From: Anaerolineae bacterium
GTDB taxonomy: Bacteria > Chloroflexota > Anaerolineae > B4-G1 > SLSP01
Assembly: GCA_049975205.1 (NCBI GenBank)
Contig: JBNGDL010000007.1
Location: 36,952-100,951, forward strand
Reading direction: 5' to 3'
Length of the DNA stretch: 64,000 bases
Below, one piece after another: positions 52,366 to 60,734 of this stretch. Position numbers and translations under genes: made by a program. The notes beneath the pieces were generated by a model. That model searched no databases and was not told the DNA's origin. It saw only the letters and a list, made by a program, of their open reading frames with translations. Position 1 is the stretch's first letter. Each line of letters opens with the position of its first letter.

Positions 52366-52605
52366 ATGGCGATTTACGAATACCAGTGTGAGGATTGTGG
52401 GGTGCAGTTCGAGGCGCGAAGAGCTATGAAGGATGCTGACGCGCCGATTGCCTGCCCTGAATGCGGTGGCTATCACGCGAAGCGTGGTCTGTCGCTGTTT
52501 TTCTCCGCACGGGGCGGTGGCGGCAACGGTGGACTGTCAGAGAGCGCCAGCAGCGGCTGTGCTTCCTGCAGCAGTCATTCGTGCTCAACCTGTGGAGGCC
52601 ACTGA
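52366..52605 (+). CDS. FmdB-family zinc-ribbon protein with Cys-rich C-terminal tail
   Basis: 79 aa. MAIYEYQCEDCGVQFE...IACPECGG is the canonical FmdB/CxxC_CxxC_SSSS ribbon. The tail is GCASCSSHSCSTCGGH. Confidence 0.8.
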   Translation: MAIYEYQCEDCGVQFEARRAMKDADAPIACPECGGYHAKRGLSLFFSARGGGGNGGLSESASSGCASCSSHSCSTCGGH

Positions 52606-52687
52606 ATCCAGCACCTATTTTCCCCGAAAAATGACATCGCCCTCACTTTATGTGAGGGCGGTGTGCTGTGACCGGTGAGTTCCTTAG

Positions 52688-53455
52688 TCAACTGAGGTTC
52701 AGGAACCGGCGGATCAAGCGGACAGTCTCATCTTTCCCCTGGTATCCGCTGCTATAGAAGCCGGTCAGGGGAATCAGTTCGCCTTGACGCGTCATCAGCT
52801 CCACACGATAGGTGTCACTATCGTCGTCGCTGCTCACACCCACGTGCGCCTCTACGATATCGTCCAGTAGATAGGTGCGCGTCTTTGCCCCCGTCAGCGT
52901 GGCTCGAGAGCGAGTCAGCGTGCCTTCGGCCAAACTGAAGGTCCAGCTTGTCTTGGTCGCGCGGACACCACCGATGGTCAACCCTAGGCCGACGAGGCCA
53001 ATGACCCCGCTTACGATCAGACCGGTGATGCCTCTGTCGCTGATCCTCAGGCTTGGCTGCGCCGCGTCGGCCAGAAAGGCGTTGATCTCCTCCGCCACTG
53101 AGGCGCGGTGCCGGTAGTTGGAGCCAGAGTGACTCGTCAGGGGAATGCGGCCCGAGGCGGTCTCTAGGACGACTTGGTAGAGGGCGTCGCCGTCGCTGTC
53201 TTCGTGCTCGTCTACGACAGCGGTCGTGAGCTCCGGAAGCGGCTGCCAGTTCATCCTGGCCCCAAGGAGGGATCGCTCTATGGCGCACCGGGGCGAGCCC
53301 GACGGCGTGCGCTCGCACACGAGGTCAGCGCTGCGTCCAAGGAAGTAGATCCAGAGAGGGGTGGACAGGATCAGGAGGATGCCCAGTATCAAGAGTAGGG
53401 GGCCACTCCGCGCGCGCAGCTTCAGGGTCTGATCGTCAAACTGCAGGATCTTCAT
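52688..53455 (-). CDS. Membrane protein with internally duplicated TM-plus-soluble module
   Basis: 255 aa. Two hydrophobic spans (LLLILGILLILSTPLWIYFL; GLIVSGVIGLVGLGLTIGGV). Each is followed by a module of about 90 aa ending ...YQVVLETASGRIPLT... / ...YRVELMTRQGELIPLT... Confidence 0.55.
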   Translation of the reverse strand: MKILQFDDQTLKLRARSGPLLLILGILLILSTPLWIYFLGRSADLVCERTPSGSPRCAIERSLLGARMNWQPLPELTTAVVDEHEDSDGDALYQVVLETASGRIPLTSHSGSNYRHRASVAEEINAFLADAAQPSLRISDRGITGLIVSGVIGLVGLGLTIGGVRATKTSWTFSLAEGTLTRSRATLTGAKTRTYLLDDIVEAHVGVSSDDDSDTYRVELMTRQGELIPLTGFYSSGYQGKDETVRLIRRFLNLS

Positions 53456-53646
53456 CGCCGCCCCACTTTCGGTTTGTGCTTGGTTTTGTCTGCGGGCGCA
53501 CCTTCAGTATACGCCAGGAAGGGCCCACCTGCAAGACCCAGTTGTGCAGATAACGGCGCGAAGCTAGTCGTCTGTGTGTTTTGCAGTAAACTGAGGCCGC
53601 ATATGGCAATCAGAGCGTGCTCAAATGACCTCGTGGAGGACTAGTG

Positions 53647-54618
53647 ATGACCTCATCCTACTTCATTGCCGTTGATCTGGGTGGGACTCAAATACGAACG
53701 GCTCGCTTCACTGAAGACGGCCAGATGGAGGAGCGCTATGCCACTGCGACCAAAGCAATGGAGGGGTTTGATCCGGTATTCGAGCGCGTGATCTCCGCGA
53801 TACGGCAGGTATGGCCATCAGAGGGCGTGGTTGTCGCCGTGGGGCTGGGGGCCCCGGGTCCACTCAACTTCAAACGCGGAGTGTTGCGTTTTGCTCCCAA
53901 TCTCCCCGGGTGGGTGAACGTGCCCCTGCGCGATCTGTTGCTTGAGGAGCTGGGCTTGCCCTCGTTTGTGGGCAATGATGCCGATGTTGCGGCGCTGGCC
54001 GAGCACCGCTTTGGCGCTGGCAAGGGCGTCGCTGACATGATTTACATGACAATCAGCACCGGGATCGGTGGCGGTATGATCTTCAACAACCGGCTCTTTA
54101 CGGGCGGCAATGGGTTGGGGGGCGAGGTTGGGCATATGGCCATCGATCCAAGTGGTCCAAAGTGCAGTTGCGGCAATGTCGGATGCCTTGAGGTGCTGGC
54201 GTCGGGGACGGCCATCGGCAGGCGAGCCAGGCAGCGAATTGCGGCGGGTGAGGCTTCGGTGCTCTTGGATTGGGTAGACGGCGATCTCTCACGGATCACA
54301 GCGAAACAGGTGAGTCGGGCTGGTCAAGAGGGCGATGCACTGGCCGTCTCTGTCTTCCGCGAGGCGGGTCTCTATATTGGCTCTGCGCTCGTTAGCCTTA
54401 TGTATATGCTGAACCCCTCTCTCTTTGTCCTGGGGGGCAGCGTTACGCTGGCGGGCGACCTCCTCTTTGGCCCTATCTGTCAAACGGTAAACGCGCGTGC
54501 GCCCTTGGCCTATCGGGAGCAGACACGCATCGTTCGGGCGGAACTGGGCGGTGACGTTGGTCTCTGGGGTGCCTTCGCACTCTGCCTGATGGAACTGGAC
54601 CTTGCTACGCCGCCATAA
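53647..54618 (+). CDS. ROK family sugar kinase (glucokinase-like)
   Basis: FIAVDLGGTQIRTA (ATP-binding), GIGGG, and the ROK zinc motif CSCGNVGCLEVLASG. ATG at 53647 lies 6 nt after GGAGGA; GTG at 53644 is also possible. Confidence 0.85.
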   Translation: MTSSYFIAVDLGGTQIRTARFTEDGQMEERYATATKAMEGFDPVFERVISAIRQVWPSEGVVVAVGLGAPGPLNFKRGVLRFAPNLPGWVNVPLRDLLLEELGLPSFVGNDADVAALAEHRFGAGKGVADMIYMTISTGIGGGMIFNNRLFTGGNGLGGEVGHMAIDPSGPKCSCGNVGCLEVLASGTAIGRRARQRIAAGEASVLLDWVDGDLSRITAKQVSRAGQEGDALAVSVFREAGLYIGSALVSLMYMLNPSLFVLGGSVTLAGDLLFGPICQTVNARAPLAYREQTRIVRAELGGDVGLWGAFALCLMELDLATPP

Positions 54619-54668
54619 TGTGGCATCCTCCAGGTCGATGTACAGGTAACCTCAGATAATAGCGTGGG

Positions 54669-56483
54669 GTGACTATCATGTCGCGTTTGCTGATCGTGTT
54701 AAGTGTGGTTGAGTTGATCGCGGTTGTGGCCTTGGGATGGCTCCTCGGCCCGGGGCTGGAATCGCGCTTTGTTCCCGGTGTCTGGGTCTGGGATCTCTCG
54801 TTGGGACGGATGACACCGGATCAAGCCTCTAGCTATCTCGAGACAACCCTCCCTTTGCGCCAGCCAAGCATCGTCCTCCTGGGCCCCGAGGGACAGCGGT
54901 GGTCCTATTCACCGGCTGACTTGGGTATCTCTGTCAACACGGAAGCCACGCTCAGCCGAGCCTACGAGGCGGGACATACGGCGGAGGGGCGTCACGTCTT
55001 CTCAGAGCGGCTCTCTGTGATGCTGGATGGGACTCGGCTATCGCCTGTGCTAGCGTGGGACCCCCAGGTTGCGCGACAGGCAGTGGAAGCGGTGGCTGCG
55101 GAGCTCTCGCGTCCTGCGGAGGATGCTGCCGTCCGGCTCGAGGGGTCTGACGTCCGCCTGGAGCCTGGGGGTCTTGGACGCCGCGTCGAGGTCTCACGGA
55201 CACTCGAGCTGCTCGTTCCACACCTCTATGCGCTGGAACCCGCCGAGATTGTGCTGCCGGTCACGGAACTTGCGCCCGCGATTAGCGATGATCAAGCGCA
55301 GCAGGCGTTGAGTATGGCGGAAGAGATTCTGGAGAGCCCTCTGACGTTGCTGGTCCCAGATCCAGAGGAGGGTGATCCCGGACCGTGGACCGTGGATCCC
55401 GATGTGCTGGCCGACATGCTGATTATCCACATCGAAGAGGGCAACGTGCAGGTGGGGCTGCAGGGGGCTGCTCTAGCGCAGTACCTCGGTCCGCTAGCGA
55501 CGGCGCTCTACCGAGATCCCGTCGATGCTACGTTCGAGTTCGATAGCAATAGCATTGAGCTGAGGGTCACCAACCCCAGCAAGATGGGCCGCGAAGTTGA
55601 CGTCGCAGCCTCGGTCAACCGCATCAATGAGATGCTTCAGGCGGGTGAGCATTGGGTGCCGCTGGTGATCAACGAGATTCCGCCAGAGACACCGGACACG
55701 GTCACAGCGGCGGACCTGGGTATCACTGAGTTAGTCGCCGTGGGCGAGTCCTACTTCACGGGGTCATCGTCGGCCCGCGACCGCAACATTCGGCTCGGCG
55801 CGTCAAAGTTCGACGGCATTCTTGTCAAGCCCGGCCAGCTCTTTTCGTTCAATGAGTATCTCGGAGAGGTCACGTCTGAGGCCGGCTACGACGAGTCCTA
55901 CGTGATCATCGGCAATGAAACGGTTCTAGGCGTTGGGGGCGGTATCTGTCAGGTGGCGACAACGGCGTTCCGAGCTGCCTACTTCGGTGGGTATCCGATC
56001 ATCGAGCGCTGGCCCCACGCGTACCGTGTGGGCTACTACGAGCTGGGGGGCTTTGGGCCGGGGTTTGACGCCACAGTCTATTCCCCGCTGGTCGACCTGA
56101 GATTCGAGAATGACACGCCCTATCACATCCTGATTCGGACGGAAGTGGATGCGGCAAACGCTCGGTTGCGGTTTCTGTTTTACAGCACCTCTGATGGGCG
56201 GACCGTCGAGCAAATCGGTCCAGAGTCCGGGGATCCCGTACCAGCAGGCCCTCCTGTCTATGAGTACGATCCCTCGATGCCAGCCGGTGCGGCGACCCAG
56301 ATTGAGCAGTCCCACAGCGGTCTGACAGCCATTCTCGGACGGGTGGTGCGAGATGCGGAGGGGAACGTGATGTACGAGGATGAGTTCGTGAGTGAGTTTG
56401 TGCCGTGGTCTGCGCGCTTCAAGTTTGGGCCTGGCTATACACCGCCTGCGACCGCCGAGGTCATCGGTACTCCAGAACCGTAG
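54669..56483 (+). CDS. VanW-domain protein with N-terminal TM and PG-binding-like region
   Basis: 604 aa. TM is LLIVLSVVELIAVVALGWLL. The C-terminal VanW block is GGGICQVATTAFRAAYFGGYPIIERWPH. Alternative ATG at 54678. Confidence 0.75.
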   Translation: MTIMSRLLIVLSVVELIAVVALGWLLGPGLESRFVPGVWVWDLSLGRMTPDQASSYLETTLPLRQPSIVLLGPEGQRWSYSPADLGISVNTEATLSRAYEAGHTAEGRHVFSERLSVMLDGTRLSPVLAWDPQVARQAVEAVAAELSRPAEDAAVRLEGSDVRLEPGGLGRRVEVSRTLELLVPHLYALEPAEIVLPVTELAPAISDDQAQQALSMAEEILESPLTLLVPDPEEGDPGPWTVDPDVLADMLIIHIEEGNVQVGLQGAALAQYLGPLATALYRDPVDATFEFDSNSIELRVTNPSKMGREVDVAASVNRINEMLQAGEHWVPLVINEIPPETPDTVTAADLGITELVAVGESYFTGSSSARDRNIRLGASKFDGILVKPGQLFSFNEYLGEVTSEAGYDESYVIIGNETVLGVGGGICQVATTAFRAAYFGGYPIIERWPHAYRVGYYELGGFGPGFDATVYSPLVDLRFENDTPYHILIRTEVDAANARLRFLFYSTSDGRTVEQIGPESGDPVPAGPPVYEYDPSMPAGAATQIEQSHSGLTAILGRVVRDAEGNVMYEDEFVSEFVPWSARFKFGPGYTPPATAEVIGTPEP

Positions 56484-56552
56484 GGGCGTGCTGGGAAAGA
56501 GAAGACTCCCACCCGCTCGGGTGGGAGTCTGTGCTAGAGCGTTTGGGGTGGT

Positions 56553-57686
56553 CTAGACGCCCGGTACCTGATCAGCCTGCTTTACCCATGCCTGGATCTC
56601 GAAGTTGACCTTCTGGACGAAGCTATTAGGAGGGAGATTCGCACCTTGCGCGTATTCCAGCTCCTTGATGCGTGCCTTGACCCGAATCGCGGTCGTCTCA
56701 AGGATGATCTCTTGACCCGGGCGCATCTGGACGACCTCACCTTTGGGTTCTAGCTTGGCCATAAGATCCGAATCGTTGTAAGCGTACTCGCTAGCCAGGA
56801 CCTTCGTCACGGTCCGGATGTCGCTCTTGTCGAAAAGCCAGGCCTCGAAGGCAGTGACCTTCTTGGGATCGCCAGCACCGAGGGTCTCCGAAATGCCAAT
56901 GCCGCACTCACCCAGGAAGTCAGATCCAATCTCAATGCTGAAGGACGGGTCGAAATAATCGTCGCCCAAGACGTAGGGGGTGTTAAATGACTTGACAGGC
57001 TCTTCCTCTGTGCCTGTCACTTCCGCCGCACCCATGGGCACCGTTCTGCGGTCCGCGACTGCAGATTCCTTCTGCGGCGCGCCTTCGCGTTGTCGACCGA
57101 CAAACATGTACCAGCCCACCCCCGCTGCACCCACGACAAGCAGCACGAGAGCTAGAATGCCCACGATCCGCAATATTCTGGCGAGCGGCGTAACGCTCGT
57201 GGTGTCCTCCTCCGCGGCGGGCGCTTCCTCCGGAACCAGTCCTTGTTCTTGCGCCGCCATCTGCTGCAAGCGACTGAGCGGTGACACGTAGCTGCCAAGC
57301 TCGTATTGTGCCGCGTTGTCAAGCGAGTCCTGGATATCCTCTGTGAGGAGGTCCTCTTCTGCTAACCAGGGGACGTTGTTGACCCGAACGCCCTCGTAGT
57401 TCGCCAGGTCGAGTCCCAGGCGTGATTGGAGCAATTCTAGGTCGTTGGTCCGGAAATACTCCTCGGAGGCGTAGGCGAGATAGGCTGACTTGTAGCGCTC
57501 GTGGAGGTGACCCGGCGTCGCATTGCTCCATTCGACGGGGAAGATCCACCAACCAAGCACAAACCACCCTATGAGGACACCAACGATCAAACCAATGAGG
57601 GCCTTATACCTGTCCCATACGGGCTGGATCTTGACCATCGTCTGGGCGAAGACCGAGAAGCCCGTGGCGAGAAGTTTGTCAAACAT
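56553..57686 (-). CDS. Hypothetical bitopic membrane protein
   Basis: 377 aa. Two TM segments (LIGLIVGVLIGWFVLGWWIF; IVGILALVLLVVGAAGVGWYMFV) and a conserved-looking C-terminal soluble domain. No family recognised. Confidence 0.5.
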   Translation of the reverse strand: MFDKLLATGFSVFAQTMVKIQPVWDRYKALIGLIVGVLIGWFVLGWWIFPVEWSNATPGHLHERYKSAYLAYASEEYFRTNDLELLQSRLGLDLANYEGVRVNNVPWLAEEDLLTEDIQDSLDNAAQYELGSYVSPLSRLQQMAAQEQGLVPEEAPAAEEDTTSVTPLARILRIVGILALVLLVVGAAGVGWYMFVGRQREGAPQKESAVADRRTVPMGAAEVTGTEEEPVKSFNTPYVLGDDYFDPSFSIEIGSDFLGECGIGISETLGAGDPKKVTAFEAWLFDKSDIRTVTKVLASEYAYNDSDLMAKLEPKGEVVQMRPGQEIILETTAIRVKARIKELEYAQGANLPPNSFVQKVNFEIQAWVKQADQVPGV

Positions 57687-57843
57687 AAGCTAGCCTCCAG
57701 GTATGAGTGGCGTGGATTTCTTTAACCTTGCTACAAGATTACCATACATCTTGTGTAATTGCAAGTAGTTACGATTATCTGCAATGTGGTTTTTTCTGCA
57801 ACTCTGCAAGCCATCATCCCTCTATGAACTGACGACCGATTCC

Positions 57844-57871
57844 TTGACCGACCTTTGGCTGGCGGTATAAT
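57844..57871 (+). promoter_or_regulatory. Promoter for the O-antigen-ligase-like gene; nearly leaderless
   Basis: TTGACC (57844-57849), 16 bp, TATAAT (57866-57871). The ATG at 57883 is only 11 nt past the -10 and there is no RBS. Confidence 0.5.
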
Positions 57872-57882
57872 CGCTTCACATT

Positions 57883-59406
57883 ATGATGATCGCTTGGCGT
57901 ACGCTGCTTCAGAACCTCATAGAGGGTAGTCCTCTTCGCTGGCTGGTGTTTAGCCGTCATCGCTGGATACTGGTTGCGGTCGCGGTGCTGTTGCTTGCCC
58001 TGGTCAGCGTGGGAGGAGGCTGGCTCATCGCGGAGCTCGGGGCGATCCCCGTAGCCGTGCTGGTTGCCGGTTTTGTGTACGTCATCTGGGTGCTTTACGA
58101 TCTGGAAGTGGCCTATCTCGGCGTGATTGCCGTGGTCGCCTTACTCCCGTTTGCCTCTCTGCCGTTCAGTATCGGGTTCACGCCGACGTTTCTCGATCTC
58201 ACGCTCCTATCTCTGTTTGGCGCATGGCTCCTGGCTTTCCTCTTGAGTGATGAACAGCGACTGGTCGCCACACCCGTTGGCGGGAGCGTCCTGGCCTTTG
58301 CCTTATTTGCGGTTGTTGCCTTTGTGGCCGGGCTCTCCCACGGGTCCCTCACGACCTATCTCATCCGTCATTTTGCGGAGACGCTGATGAGCATCGGGAT
58401 CTTCTTCCTGGTGGTCAATACGGTGCAGGATGTGGGTCGGCTTGGACGCCTGGTCCGCTGGCTGATTCTGGGAACGTCGGCTGCTGCAGCGCTGGGAATT
58501 GTGCTCTATCTCATCCCTGAGGAGCTGGCCATTCGTGCGCTGTCGGCGCTTGGGCGCTTTGGGTATCCGACCGGGCCCGGCGTCATCTGGTACATTCGCG
58601 ATGATCCCAGTTTGATGAAACGCGCGACATCGACTTCGATCCACCCCAACGTGTTGGGCAGCCTGGTCAACTTTGGGATTGCCCTTTCTATCCCGCAGTT
58701 GTTCGCCAAGCGCCCCGTGATCCCGAAGGTCCCGCTCCTAGGGCTTCTTGGGATTCTGGGGGGAGCGCTTGTCTTGACGGTGTCACGAAGCGCTATGCTG
58801 GGGGTAGCGTGCGCGGTCCTCGCTATCAGTGTGATGCGCTATCGCACACTCCTGCCCTTGATGGCGGTGGCGGTGATACTTTTCTTGCTGCTGCCCTATA
58901 CTCAAGGGTTGGTTGTCCATTTCATGGAGGGATTTCAGCGGCAAGATCTCTCCACGCAGATGCGTATGGGGGAGTACAAGGATGCCTTGATCCTGATCCG
59001 GCGCTATCCTGTGTTCGGGGTTGGCTTTTCCGGTGCGCCTGATTTGGACATTTATGTGGCGGTGGCCAGCCTTTATCTGATCATCGCTGCGCAGATGGGG
59101 TTAGTGGGTCTGTTGGCCTTTCTGGTTGTCCTGGGGATGGTGTTGTGGCGCTTCTGGAGCCGGCGAACCCAGATTGAGGCCCATCCAGACTTGGAGCCCC
59201 TATGGTTCGGGGTCCACGCCGCGATTATTGGCGGTGTCGTAAGCGGGATCTTTGACCACTACTTCTTCAGCTTGGATTTTCACAATTCAGTGACGCTCTT
59301 CTGGCTCCTCGTTGGGCTGGCGACAGCTGCCACGGAGCTGGTTGACGCTGGTGTCCGGGCTAGGGAACAGGCGCATGGACGAGCTGTCGGCGCTGACGGC
59401 GGCTGA
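57883..59406 (+). CDS. O-antigen ligase/polymerase-like (Wzy_C domain) polytopic membrane protein
   Basis: 507 aa, at least 10 TM spans. The LVLTVSRSAMLGVA block is typical of the Wzy_C/O-antigen ligase family. Confidence 0.7.
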   Translation: MMIAWRTLLQNLIEGSPLRWLVFSRHRWILVAVAVLLLALVSVGGGWLIAELGAIPVAVLVAGFVYVIWVLYDLEVAYLGVIAVVALLPFASLPFSIGFTPTFLDLTLLSLFGAWLLAFLLSDEQRLVATPVGGSVLAFALFAVVAFVAGLSHGSLTTYLIRHFAETLMSIGIFFLVVNTVQDVGRLGRLVRWLILGTSAAAALGIVLYLIPEELAIRALSALGRFGYPTGPGVIWYIRDDPSLMKRATSTSIHPNVLGSLVNFGIALSIPQLFAKRPVIPKVPLLGLLGILGGALVLTVSRSAMLGVACAVLAISVMRYRTLLPLMAVAVILFLLLPYTQGLVVHFMEGFQRQDLSTQMRMGEYKDALILIRRYPVFGVGFSGAPDLDIYVAVASLYLIIAAQMGLVGLLAFLVVLGMVLWRFWSRRTQIEAHPDLEPLWFGVHAAIIGGVVSGIFDHYFFSLDFHNSVTLFWLLVGLATAATELVDAGVRAREQAHGRAVGADGG

Positions 59407-59491
59407 TCTCAACTCTTGTGCTTTGATTGGCCTTAGAGTATACTTGGTGCAGTTGGTCTAATCTAAACACTGTCTTATCAGGAGGCCCTCG

Positions 59492-60610
59492 ATGAAACTC
59501 TCTTGCCTTCAGGAAAACCTCGCTAAGGGATTGAGCATTGCCGGTCGGGCCGTGCCGTCTCGCACGACGATGCCGATACTGGGGAACGTGCTCTTGGCCA
59601 CCGACCATGGTCAACTGAGGCTGGCTGCTACAAACATGGAGCTCAGCATTGTGCATTGGGTCGGTGCGCGGGTCGAGACTGAGGGCGAGATCACCGTACC
59701 AGCCCGGAATTTCATCGACTTGACGAATTCTCTGCCGCCCGATCAGGTGAACCTGACGCTGGATGAATCGACGCTGACCATGAAGCTGCAATGTGGCTCG
59801 GTCAACGCTAGTTTCCGGGGCATCTCGGCCGACGAGTTTCCATTGGTTCCGGAGGCCGATGATGATAACGGCGTCCACGTGGAGGCGGGTGATCTGAACA
59901 CGGGCTTGGTGCAGGTTACCTTTGCTGCCTCCACGGACGAAAGCCATCCGGTCTTGACCGGTGTCTTGGCGGAGTTCGAGGGCAACGCCTTGACGTTGGC
60001 GGCAGCCGACGGCTTCCGGCTGTCGATGCGCCAGATACCGTTGATCGAACCCGTGCCCGCGCCCTTAAGCGTCATCATCCCAGCTCGGGCGTTGGGTGAG
60101 CTGATGCGGATCATTGGTGGGCTGGAGGAGCCGATCAAGATCTCGACCACCCGGCCTCACAACCAGATCCTGTTCCAGATGCCCAGCACGGTGCTGAACT
60201 CGCAATTGATTGACGGGAGCTTCCCAGATGTACGCAGGATCATCCCTTCTTCCCACCGGACTCGCGTCGTCGTAGGGCGGGAGGAGATCCTTCAGGCCTG
60301 CAAGCGTGCTGCGATCTTTGCGCGCGACGTGGCCAACATCGTGACTCTGAGCATAGGCGATGACACGCTGACGGTTGCGGCGGACTCTTCTGAGTCGGGG
60401 CAGGGCTCGACGCGGTTGATGGCGGACATCGAAGGGGACAAGCTGGACATCGCGTTCAACGTGCGTTTCCTTATTGACGTCTTCTCGGCACTGGACACAC
60501 CGCAGGTCTCTCTAGAGCTGAACTCCCCGACAAATCCCGGCCTGATCCGGGCGGTGGGGGACGACGCCTTTACACACGTGGTGATGCCGATGCACCTTGG
60601 GCGACGCTAG
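59492..60610 (+). CDS. dnaN: DNA polymerase III beta sliding clamp
   Basis: 372 aa. MKLSCLQENLAKGLSIAGRAVPSRTTMPILGNVLL, with three-domain length and C-terminal ...VMPMHLGRR. RBS AGGAGG. Confidence 0.9.
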   Translation: MKLSCLQENLAKGLSIAGRAVPSRTTMPILGNVLLATDHGQLRLAATNMELSIVHWVGARVETEGEITVPARNFIDLTNSLPPDQVNLTLDESTLTMKLQCGSVNASFRGISADEFPLVPEADDDNGVHVEAGDLNTGLVQVTFAASTDESHPVLTGVLAEFEGNALTLAAADGFRLSMRQIPLIEPVPAPLSVIIPARALGELMRIIGGLEEPIKISTTRPHNQILFQMPSTVLNSQLIDGSFPDVRRIIPSSHRTRVVVGREEILQACKRAAIFARDVANIVTLSIGDDTLTVAADSSESGQGSTRLMADIEGDKLDIAFNVRFLIDVFSALDTPQVSLELNSPTNPGLIRAVGDDAFTHVVMPMHLGRR

Positions 60611-60650
60611 GCGGTCCAAGATGTAAGTTGTTTGGGTTCTGGATTCGTCT

Positions 60651-60693
60651 GGAGGCAGGATGCCGAGGTGAGTGTATCCTGTCTCCGTTTTTT
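60651..60693 (+). terminator. Rho-independent terminator after dnaN
   Basis: 11-bp stem GGAGGCAGGAT / ATCCTGTCTCC (one G-U pair), 14-nt loop, then GTTTTTTC (T-run at 60688-60693). Confidence 0.6.
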
Positions 60694-60734
60694 CTTATGG
60701 GGTTGGCCACGCGCCAAAGACGGTTTCTTAGTCT

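Noticed and set aside
55423-55431. Perfect DnaA box TTATCCACA.
   Set aside because: It is a single copy, inside the VanW coding sequence and 4 kb from dnaN. No cluster or AT-rich unwinding element is nearby, so it is most likely a chance occurrence.
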